Part shown: positions 9,861 through 16,924 of the stretch, piece by piece
Numbering within the stretch: position 1 is the stretch's first letter
Layout of the letters: every line of letters begins with the position of its first letter
NCBI GenBank assembly: GCA_019246215.1
Contig: JAFAQT010000001.1
Location: 5,225-69,224, forward strand
Direction: 5' to 3'
From: Verrucomicrobiota bacterium
Lineage (GTDB): Bacteria; Verrucomicrobiota; Verrucomicrobiia; Chthoniobacterales; JAFAMB01
Length of the DNA: 64,000 nt
Made by a program: the position numbers and the translations under genes
Notes under the pieces: model-generated
Databases searched by the model: none
Told to the model about the DNA's origin: nothing
What the model saw: only the letters and a program-made list of their open reading frames with translations

Positions 9861-10756
9861 TGAATCGAAACTCCCAACAGTGACATAATACGGTCGAGGT
9901 CGTCATTGCCATAGTACTCTATCTCGATCCGGCCCTTTTTCTCGCCGTGCTGAATTGTGACATGGGTGGCGAGCCGATCGCGCAGGCGATTCTCCAAATC
10001 AAAAACGGCATTATGCATTGTTACGGAGTTGGCCTCGCTTGACCGAGCAGGGACGGGCTTCCCAACTTTGCCGAGTCCTTGGCGGGCTAACTGGGCAGCA
10101 ACGAGCCGTTCTGTCATACGCACGGTGGCGGCTTGCCGGATTGTGAGCTCTGCGGCGACAAGCTGTTGATCCTGGCTTTGCAATGCCAGTATCACCTTGG
10201 CATGACCGACACTCAGACGGCCCTGAGCCAGGTAGGATTGAACTTGAGAATGCAGATCGAGCAAGCGCAATGAATTTGCCACTACCGATCTGCTTTTGCC
10301 AAGGCGATGAGCAATGTCTTCTTGCCGCAATGAAAATTCTTCTGCCAGGCGACGGTAAGCATGGGCTTCTTCGATAGGGTTCAGGTCTTCACGCTGTAGA
10401 TTTTCGATTAGCGACAACTCGAGCACGTCTCGATCTGAAGCCTGTCGCACGATGACCGGAGCCTCTTTTAATCCGAGCTGACCGGCAGCTCTCCAACGTC
10501 GTTCTCCTGCGATCAGTTCGCATTTCCCGTCTACCTTCCGAACAATGAGCGGCTGGATGATTCCGTGTTCGCGGATCGATTCGATAAGCTCCTGCAGTTG
10601 CTCAGAATGAAACGCCTTCCTTGGTTGCAACGGACTCGGCACAATGTCGGAAAGTGAGACTCGTTCTACGCGTTCCCACGGTTCGATTACCGGGGAGGCC
10701 GGTTTATTGGTACGGATCAACGCATCGAGACCTTTGCCGAGAGCAAGCTTAGCCAT
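9857..10756 (-). CDS. parB: chromosome partitioning protein ParB
   Basis: MAKLALGKGLDALI start, QPRK box and the GERRWRAA CTP-binding motif, followed by an HTH and a C-terminal dimerisation region. Confidence 0.9.
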   Translation of the reverse strand: MAKLALGKGLDALIRTNKPASPVIEPWERVERVSLSDIVPSPLQPRKAFHSEQLQELIESIREHGIIQPLIVRKVDGKCELIAGERRWRAAGQLGLKEAPVIVRQASDRDVLELSLIENLQREDLNPIEEAHAYRRLAEEFSLRQEDIAHRLGKSRSVVANSLRLLDLHSQVQSYLAQGRLSVGHAKVILALQSQDQQLVAAELTIRQAATVRMTERLVAAQLARQGLGKVGKPVPARSSEANSVTMHNAVFDLENRLRDRLATHVTIQHGEKKGRIEIEYYGNDDLDRIMSLLGVSIQ

Positions 10757-10847
10757 TGGAAATTTTCAAGTTAACGGAGGGGCCGCGTTAAAGCAATGTT
10801 TCTACCACGATTTGCAAAGTTCCTCCCTCCATGCTTCCGGAGAAACG

Positions 10848-12080
10848 GTGAATCTTTGGCAGGATCCCAAGGCTAGGTTAATTCTGACTGGCAACTTTTT
10901 ACTTGTCGTGGGCAGCGGAATCACCTGGGTTGCCGTGCCATGGTTGCTTATCCATCAGCCAAACGGGGACGCGATCTTTGGGCTATCGAACTCGGCTCTG
11001 ACCCTGTTGATCTTTCTGCTGCTGCCCTTTTTAGGAAAAGCAATTGACCGCCATTCGCGGAAAAAGGTCCTGATTCTCTACTATGCCGTCGGGATTAGTA
11101 CGAACTTGTTCGTGATCGCAATGATCCTTCTCCAGGGACACGTCGCGCCGTGGCATCTGGTGGTGTCCATTAGCATGGGTTCTTTGGGCATCAGCGTCTA
11201 CTACCCTGTTCAATTTGCGTTCAACCAGGAAGTTTTGGCACGTGATCAATATAGCGCGCTCAGCGGCGCAATCGAAGTGCAGTGGCAGGCCGGCGCCATG
11301 ATCGCCGGCGGTTTGGCGTCCTTCCTGATCAGCAGAACGCCACTCACCTGGATACTGCTATTTGATACCGGCACCTTCACGGCGGCTCTCGTTGTTCTTG
11401 CATTTGTGCCTTACCGCCGCAATTCGAGTCTGGACGCGAATGTCGGATCCGCATGGAAATTGATGCTTGAAGGTCTCGGTTACCTGCGTGTCCGCCCCAG
11501 ATTGTCCGCAGTGCTGTTTGGGAGTTATTTACCGTTCCTCGGGATCATGATCGGCGGCTATCTCCTGCCGCTCTTCATCAAAATTACTCTGCACGCAGGA
11601 CCTGAAGTTTATGGGTTCGCCGAAGTATTTTACTCATTGGGCGCTCTACTCGCGGGTCTGATTGTACCCTCTCTGGGCGACAGGATCGGGTGGCTCGCCA
11701 CCTTGCTACTTACCGTGGGATGTTATACCGTTTCCGTCGTTGTTAACCCATTGTGTCCCGGAGTTGTGGTCCTGTTGGGGTCGCTTGTGCTCCAAGGATT
11801 GGGCAACGCGGGATCGCGGGTAGCTCGAAGTACGATGGCGCTCCAGGCCATACCCAATGAATTGATCGGAAGGGTAAACTTATTTTACAGCGCTCTTGAA
11901 CGCCTCTTGAGGGCTATTTTCCTGGCCGTGGTTACTCGACAAGTCGCGACGACCGACCCGAAATCGGGTTACTGGACAATGGCGAGCATTGGTTTAACTG
12001 GTTGGATTACGATCTTTTGTTGCCGTCGATTCAGGCATGAAAAAGTAATTCCTGCGTTCCCCAGCGAAGAAGTCTTATGA
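10848..12080 (+). CDS. MFS transporter
   Basis: About 12 predicted hydrophobic segments and an MFS loop motif, GKAIDRHSRKKV. The ATG at 10644 would overlap parB by more than 100 nt. An in-frame GTG at 10848 is preceded by GGAG (10839..10842), so I prefer it, but the start remains uncertain. Confidence 0.7.
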   Translation: MNLWQDPKARLILTGNFLLVVGSGITWVAVPWLLIHQPNGDAIFGLSNSALTLLIFLLLPFLGKAIDRHSRKKVLILYYAVGISTNLFVIAMILLQGHVAPWHLVVSISMGSLGISVYYPVQFAFNQEVLARDQYSALSGAIEVQWQAGAMIAGGLASFLISRTPLTWILLFDTGTFTAALVVLAFVPYRRNSSLDANVGSAWKLMLEGLGYLRVRPRLSAVLFGSYLPFLGIMIGGYLLPLFIKITLHAGPEVYGFAEVFYSLGALLAGLIVPSLGDRIGWLATLLLTVGCYTVSVVVNPLCPGVVVLLGSLVLQGLGNAGSRVARSTMALQAIPNELIGRVNLFYSALERLLRAIFLAVVTRQVATTDPKSGYWTMASIGLTGWITIFCCRRFRHEKVIPAFPSEEVL

Positions 12081-12733
12081 AGTTCAAAAACCTGCGTTTG
12101 ATCCAGGAGACAAACCCGAGGTCAGCGGCCGAGAACATGGCTCTCGACGAAACGTTGTTTTTGACCGCGGCATGCTCCGTGTTTAGGTCCTACCGGTGGC
12201 TCCGCCCCTCTGTCTCCTTCGGCTATTTTACCGCCTGGAAAGAGGTCGCTCTACCGTATGCTGGACGAGATCTGGTGCGGCGCTGGACCGGTGGAGGCAT
12301 CGTGCAGCACGGTCAGGATTTTACCTATTCGCTGATTTGTCCCGATAGCGAGAATCCCCCGCGCACGATCGAGTTTTACCGATTTGTCCACCTAGCGATT
12401 GCTAATATTCTGCGCAGGAGCGGGTACCCTGTGGAAATTGCACAATCTACCGAGTCAATCCGGTCTTCGGCCTGTTTCGAAAGATCAGTTCAGTTTGACT
12501 TGAGACTGCGAGGGGAGAAAATTGCCGGAGCTGCGATTCGCCGGAACAGCAAAGGTTTGCTGCTCCAAGGGAGTATTCAGTGTCTTAAGGTTCCGGCACA
12601 GTTTGACGAATTGCTGGCGGCTGCGCTTGCGAGGCAAGTTGACTCGTTTGTCGTCACCAACGTGATAATGGAACAGGCGGCGCGCATGGCGAAAGAAAAG
12701 TACGGTGCTGCAGAATGGAATTGTCGACGTTAG
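12077..12733 (+). CDS. biotin/lipoate A/B protein ligase family protein (LplA/LipM-like catalytic domain only)
   Basis: NMALDETLF, the RRWTGGGIVQHG motif, and LRGEKIAGAAIRR (catalytic Lys context). The start overlaps the MFS stop (ATGA). Confidence 0.65.
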   Translation: MKFKNLRLIQETNPRSAAENMALDETLFLTAACSVFRSYRWLRPSVSFGYFTAWKEVALPYAGRDLVRRWTGGGIVQHGQDFTYSLICPDSENPPRTIEFYRFVHLAIANILRRSGYPVEIAQSTESIRSSACFERSVQFDLRLRGEKIAGAAIRRNSKGLLLQGSIQCLKVPAQFDELLAAALARQVDSFVVTNVIMEQAARMAKEKYGAAEWNCRR

Positions 12734-12744
12734 GATCACCCGTC

Positions 12745-13851
12745 ATGAACGAAGCGTTTCTTTCCAATCGCCTCTTCGAGGGGCTGACGCCGGAGGTGCT
12801 CCGTTCGGTCGAGATCCAGGAGATGGAATATCAACCGGGGGAGCTGATATTCGATGAAGGGACCTCAGGATCCACACTGATGCTCGTGGGGCGGGGTCGG
12901 GTGCAAATTTCTAAAACAGGACGCCAGGGGTTGCAGGAAACCCTAGCGACGATCGAGAAGAACGACTTCTTTGGAGAGTTGGCGGTCATCGACCACGGAC
13001 CGCGGTCTGCGCGAGCGATTGCCTTGGAGCCGACAGTGCTTGGCGAAGTTGACCACAAGACGTTCACTCGGCTGATGAACAGGGCTCCGGACACACTGCC
13101 ATTGACCTTTACACGGGTAGTGGTCCAACGGTTGCGCTATACGAACGCACGGTATATTGAGCAACTTTTACAGAACGAGCGCCTCACACTTCTTGGCAGT
13201 ATGGTCGGTTCGATCGTGCACGATCTTAAGAACCCTATTTCCGCGATCTTGTCTTCTGTTGATTACCTCGAAAAAACGGCACCATCGGATTCTGTGCGGC
13301 AGTTGGCAGAGATTATTCAGTCTTCCGCCCTCGGAATTATCGAGATGAGCGAAGAGTTGCTCGGATTTGCGCGAGGGAAGGTGAACCTAAGACCACGCGT
13401 GACGTCGGTGCGCCGGCTGATGGAGCTCCTGGAGAAGGAGATATTAAACCAGATTCGTAATACGCAGGTGCGGCTTATGCTCCAGGTCATCGACGCCGAT
13501 GACCTCATTTTGGACGAAGCGCGCTTCACGCGCTGTCTCGCCAATATCGTCAAGAATGCAAAAGAAGCTCTGGGGGACCAAGGAACGATTACGATCCGGT
13601 TTCGCGAAGCGGGATCTGAGTTGCGGGTGTCGATTTCGGATAACGGTCCTGGGGTTCCGGAATCGATCCGGAGCAGAATTTTCGAGCCGTTTGTGAGTTA
13701 TGGCAAGAAATATGGAACCGGCCTCGGCATGGCGATCGCGAAATCGACGGTAGATGCCCACGGAGGCCGTATTTGGCTCGAAAGCGAAATGGGAAAAGGC
13801 ACTACCTTCCATGTGGTGCTCCCGAAGCATTTCGATCCGCATCTGCGCTGA
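12745..13851 (+). CDS. cytoplasmic sensor histidine kinase with an N-terminal cyclic-nucleotide-binding domain
   Basis: CNB signature FGELAVIDHGPRSARAIA, H-box HDLKNPISAI, N-box NIVKNAKEA, and G-boxes DNGPGVP / GTGLGMAIAK. No TM segments and no adjacent response regulator. Confidence 0.8.
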   Translation: MNEAFLSNRLFEGLTPEVLRSVEIQEMEYQPGELIFDEGTSGSTLMLVGRGRVQISKTGRQGLQETLATIEKNDFFGELAVIDHGPRSARAIALEPTVLGEVDHKTFTRLMNRAPDTLPLTFTRVVVQRLRYTNARYIEQLLQNERLTLLGSMVGSIVHDLKNPISAILSSVDYLEKTAPSDSVRQLAEIIQSSALGIIEMSEELLGFARGKVNLRPRVTSVRRLMELLEKEILNQIRNTQVRLMLQVIDADDLILDEARFTRCLANIVKNAKEALGDQGTITIRFREAGSELRVSISDNGPGVPESIRSRIFEPFVSYGKKYGTGLGMAIAKSTVDAHGGRIWLESEMGKGTTFHVVLPKHFDPHLR

Positions 13852-13870
13852 CGCCGCCCTGAAGGCCTAG

Positions 13871-13889
13871 CGCGATAATCCTGATCGCG
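13871..13889. terminator. short hairpin between convergent genes (possible bidirectional terminator)
   Basis: CGCGAT-aatcctg-ATCGCG lies in the 86-nt gap between the kinase stop and the carrier-protein stop. There is no clear U-tract. Confidence 0.25.
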
Positions 13890-13937
13890 AAAGCGCTTGT
13901 TGGATTCTCTTCCTTGCGGCCCTTTCTCGACGGACGT

Positions 13938-14213
13938 TTATCCGCCGGCGATGGCAGGTACGATGCTGACCTCGTCACCCGATTTCACTGCGGTCTCGAA
14001 TTCATCCAGAAAGCGGACGTCTTCGTCATTTAAAAAGACATTCACGAATCGCCGAATTTGATCCTGTTCGTCGCAGATGCGCTCTTTCAAGCCGGGGTAG
14101 GTTCGCTCAAGACTCTCAATCAACTCGCGTATTGTGGCGCCTTCAGCTTCAACTACTTCCTGATTCTGGGTTAATTTTCTTAAGGGGGTGGGGATACGAA
14201 CGGGGATAGTCAT
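13938..14213 (-). CDS. MoaD/ThiS-family sulfur-carrier protein (beta-grasp, C-terminal Gly-Gly)
   Basis: 91 aa from the ATG at 14213, ending ...GDEVSIVPAIAGG. The start is separated from the upstream stop by only 4 nt (TAA-CCCT-ATG). Confidence 0.75.
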   Translation of the reverse strand: MTIPVRIPTPLRKLTQNQEVVEAEGATIRELIESLERTYPGLKERICDEQDQIRRFVNVFLNDEDVRFLDEFETAVKSGDEVSIVPAIAGG

Positions 14214-14217
14214 AGGG

Positions 14218-15471
14218 TTAGATTGTCTTGATTGCATGCTCAAAAAGAGTTTCAAATTCTCTAAGGTTCGGACGAATCAGTTTGGCTTGACCGATTTTGT
14301 CAATCACAGCCTCCTGCGTCTTTAGACCGTGTCCGGTAATACACAGGACGATGCTTTCATTTCGAGGGATGCAGCCGCGTTCGATCAGTTTTTGAGCACA
14401 CGCCACGGTGACTCCGCCTGCAGTCTCAGCAAAAATTCCTTCGGTTTCGGCCAGGAGTTTGATTGCGTCTATGATCTCCTCATCTGTGCAATCTTCCGCT
14501 GCGCCGCCAGTTTCTTTCATTGTTCGGATGGCGTAATAACCGTCTGCCGGAGTGCCGATCGACAACGATTTTGCGATCGTGTGAGGTTTGGCAACCGGCT
14601 TAACGATCTCTGTGTTATTTTTGATTGCGGTGGTGACCGGTGAACACCCGACTGCTTGAGCGCCGTAAATGCTAAACTCGCCGGCCTCGACGAGCCCAAG
14701 CTTAGTGAATTCTTGAAATGATTTGTGGATCTTTGTCAACAGAGAGCCGCTGGCCATACAAACTACTGTGTGCCTGGGCAGACGCCATCCGAGTTGTTCG
14801 ATGATCTCGAACCCCATGGTTTTCGAGCCCTCGGCGTAATAAGGCCGAAGGTTTACATTCACGAAGCCCCAGTGATATTTGCCGGCGATTTCGGAACAAA
14901 GGCGGTTAACCTGATCGTAGGCCCCTTGGATGCCAATAACGTTAGTACCGAAAATCAGTGAGCCAAGAATCTTTGTCGGCTCCAGATCCGCCGGTATCAG
15001 CACAAAACTACGAAGCCCCGCGGCGGCGGCATTTGCAGCCACCGAATTCGCCAGGTTGCCGGTGGAGGCGCAGGCAACGGTGTCGATTCGGAGTTCCCTC
15101 GCCCGGCTCAGAGCGACCGAGACGACGCGATCCTTAAATGAAAGCGTAGGGTAATTAACGGTGTCGTTTTTGACGTAAAGCTCTTCGACACCGAGGCGCT
15201 CCGCTAAGCGGCGAGTGCGGATCAAGGGAGTGAATCCGGTGTGGAGACCCACAGTCGGCTCATTTTCAAGCGGGAGGAGTTCCCGATATCGCCACATTGA
15301 TCGTGGGCGTGAAAGGATCTTTTTGCGAGTTAAAGACTTGCCGATCGCGTCGTAGTCGTAGGCGGCTTCCAGGGGGCCGAAATCGAATTCGCAGACGTGA
15401 ACAGGCTCCTTGGCGTAGTGTCGGCCACACTCCCGACATCGAAGATGCGAAAAGAACCGCGGTTTATCCAT
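14218..15471 (-). CDS. threonine-synthase-family PLP enzyme (ThrC homologue with N-terminal Cys-rich ribbon)
   Basis: PTLSFKDR PLP-lysine motif, a CASTGN segment and a GxxxGxS region. The N-terminus carries CRECG...VCEF. 417 aa. It lies directly downstream of a SAM-I riboswitch. Confidence 0.8.
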   Translation of the reverse strand: MDKPRFFSHLRCRECGRHYAKEPVHVCEFDFGPLEAAYDYDAIGKSLTRKKILSRPRSMWRYRELLPLENEPTVGLHTGFTPLIRTRRLAERLGVEELYVKNDTVNYPTLSFKDRVVSVALSRARELRIDTVACASTGNLANSVAANAAAAGLRSFVLIPADLEPTKILGSLIFGTNVIGIQGAYDQVNRLCSEIAGKYHWGFVNVNLRPYYAEGSKTMGFEIIEQLGWRLPRHTVVCMASGSLLTKIHKSFQEFTKLGLVEAGEFSIYGAQAVGCSPVTTAIKNNTEIVKPVAKPHTIAKSLSIGTPADGYYAIRTMKETGGAAEDCTDEEIIDAIKLLAETEGIFAETAGGVTVACAQKLIERGCIPRNESIVLCITGHGLKTQEAVIDKIGQAKLIRPNLREFETLFEHAIKTI

Positions 15472-15535
15472 AAGTTAAGGCGGGCATCTAATTAATTCAT
15501 CCACCAGGAGTCGCGAGAGTTACAAGATCTACGCT

Positions 15536-15656
15536 CCCTCCATCTTTGCCCGAAAATTCTTCGGACCTGGAATTGGCACCTGGTCGTCCCGCTTCCGCGG
15601 AACCGGTTGCCGTGGCATCGCAGGGCCAGTCCCTCCGCCACTCTTGATGGAATGTT
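15536..15656 (-). promoter_or_regulatory. SAM-I (S-box) riboswitch aptamer
   Basis: The minus-strand RNA reads CAUUCCAUCAAGAGUGGCGGAGGGACUGGCCCUGCGAUGCCACGGCAACCGGUUCCGCGGAAGCGGGACGACCAGGUGCCAAUUCCAGGUCCGAAGAAUUUUCGGGCAAAGAUGGAGG. It has the P1 pairing (UCCAUC/GAUGGA), AUCAAGAG, GGAGGGACUGGCCC, CGGCAACC, GGUGCCAAUUCC and AAAGAUG blocks in canonical order, as recalled from the B. subtilis and T. tengcongensis S-boxes. Confidence 0.9.
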
Positions 15657-15661
15657 GGCGA

Positions 15662-15690
15662 ACTTTAGGGGATTGGTTTTGGGAGGTCAA
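15662..15690 (-). promoter_or_regulatory. candidate sigma-70-type promoter for the riboswitch-thrC-like operon
   Basis: The minus strand reads TTGACC (15690..15685), a 17-nt spacer, then TAAAGT (15667..15662). This places a start site a few nt before the P1 helix. Confidence 0.45.
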
Positions 15691-15827
15691 CTTATTTTTC
15701 CAGCAGGGAGAAGAGCTGACAGCCAGAACTCGGAATTATTATTTTATTTTATCTCACAGCTGGCGCGAATGCGTCTCAAGATTGCCGCTGGCCAAGAATC
15801 GCCCCGCGTGCCATCGTAGCGACGGAA

Positions 15828-16748
15828 ATGCCCGCAAAGTTTCGCGTTAATTCTCCCGGAGGAGAACCTTTCGAACGAGAAGTTAACAATACCGCCACGA
15901 TCGGGCGGACTCCGGACAATACCATTCCACTATCGGGCAACCATGTTTCCCGCCAGCACGCGATAGTGCGTTGTCACAATGGCTTCCAGTATCAGATCAT
16001 GGATCTTGGCAGCCGGAACGGAACGTTCGTCAATGATCAGCGGGTGGTGATGCCGGTCACCCTCGAACCAGGTGCCAGAGTCAGAATCGCGAATTACGAG
16101 CTCGTGTTCGATCAATCTCCCGACGACGAACCCTCTGGGAACGTCGATGCAACGCTTGCGGCAGGGAGTATGGAAGGGCACCAGGCCGTATTGTCCGTCG
16201 CAATACTTGTCTGTGACATCCGCGGTTTCAGTTCGATGGCCGAAAAACTGGGTGAGCGTGAACTCGCCCAAATCATCGGTAATTGGTTTCGCGACATCGG
16301 GAATGCTGTGCAATCTGCCGGTGGGATTATCGACAAATATATTGGTGACGCCTTGCTGGCTTACTGGCCGGCACGAGATGAGGAGGGAACCGAATGCGCA
16401 GTCTGCTTGGACGTGGCGCTGACCATTCTCCAACTTGCGGCCAATCGAGTTTGGCCGGGAACCGAGACTCCGTTTCGCGTCGGGATTGCAGTTCATTTCG
16501 GCCGCGTGACAAGCAGCAATATTGGCCAGGTCGCAATGAGAGATGCCACGATCATTGGCGACACAGTGAACACGGCTTTCCGGCTCGAGGGTGTCATGAA
16601 GGAATTAGACCAGAACCTGGTCCTCTCGCAGGATGTCGTTACAGTCTTGCCCGCCAGATACGATTTGGTGAAATTTGGAGAGTTCCAGCTGAAAGGCAAA
16701 AGCCAGGCAGTCCGTGTTTACGGGCTGCGGGATCTACGGGGGAATTAG
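15828..16748 (+). CDS. FHA domain fused to a class III adenylate/guanylate cyclase domain
   Basis: N-terminal FHA: TIGRTPDNTIPLSGNHVSRQHAIV...DLGSRNGTFVND. C-terminal cyclase: VLVCDIRGFSSMAEKLG, DKYIGDALLAYW, IGDTVNTAFRLE. Confidence 0.85.
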   Translation: MPAKFRVNSPGGEPFEREVNNTATIGRTPDNTIPLSGNHVSRQHAIVRCHNGFQYQIMDLGSRNGTFVNDQRVVMPVTLEPGARVRIANYELVFDQSPDDEPSGNVDATLAAGSMEGHQAVLSVAILVCDIRGFSSMAEKLGERELAQIIGNWFRDIGNAVQSAGGIIDKYIGDALLAYWPARDEEGTECAVCLDVALTILQLAANRVWPGTETPFRVGIAVHFGRVTSSNIGQVAMRDATIIGDTVNTAFRLEGVMKELDQNLVLSQDVVTVLPARYDLVKFGEFQLKGKSQAVRVYGLRDLRGN

Positions 16749-16924
16749 CTTCTTTCCAACCGCGAGCTGAATCCTTGATTGTCGCTGGCTGGGTCGCTCA
16801 CAAATCATGGAAATGAGCCGTACCCAGGTTCACCGCCCTTTTTAATTTAACCCGATCTTCTCCCGAGCCGCTTTCCAAACACTTCTACAACCCGAAAGTC
16901 TCACAAGTTTTGGTTGTAATCGGA

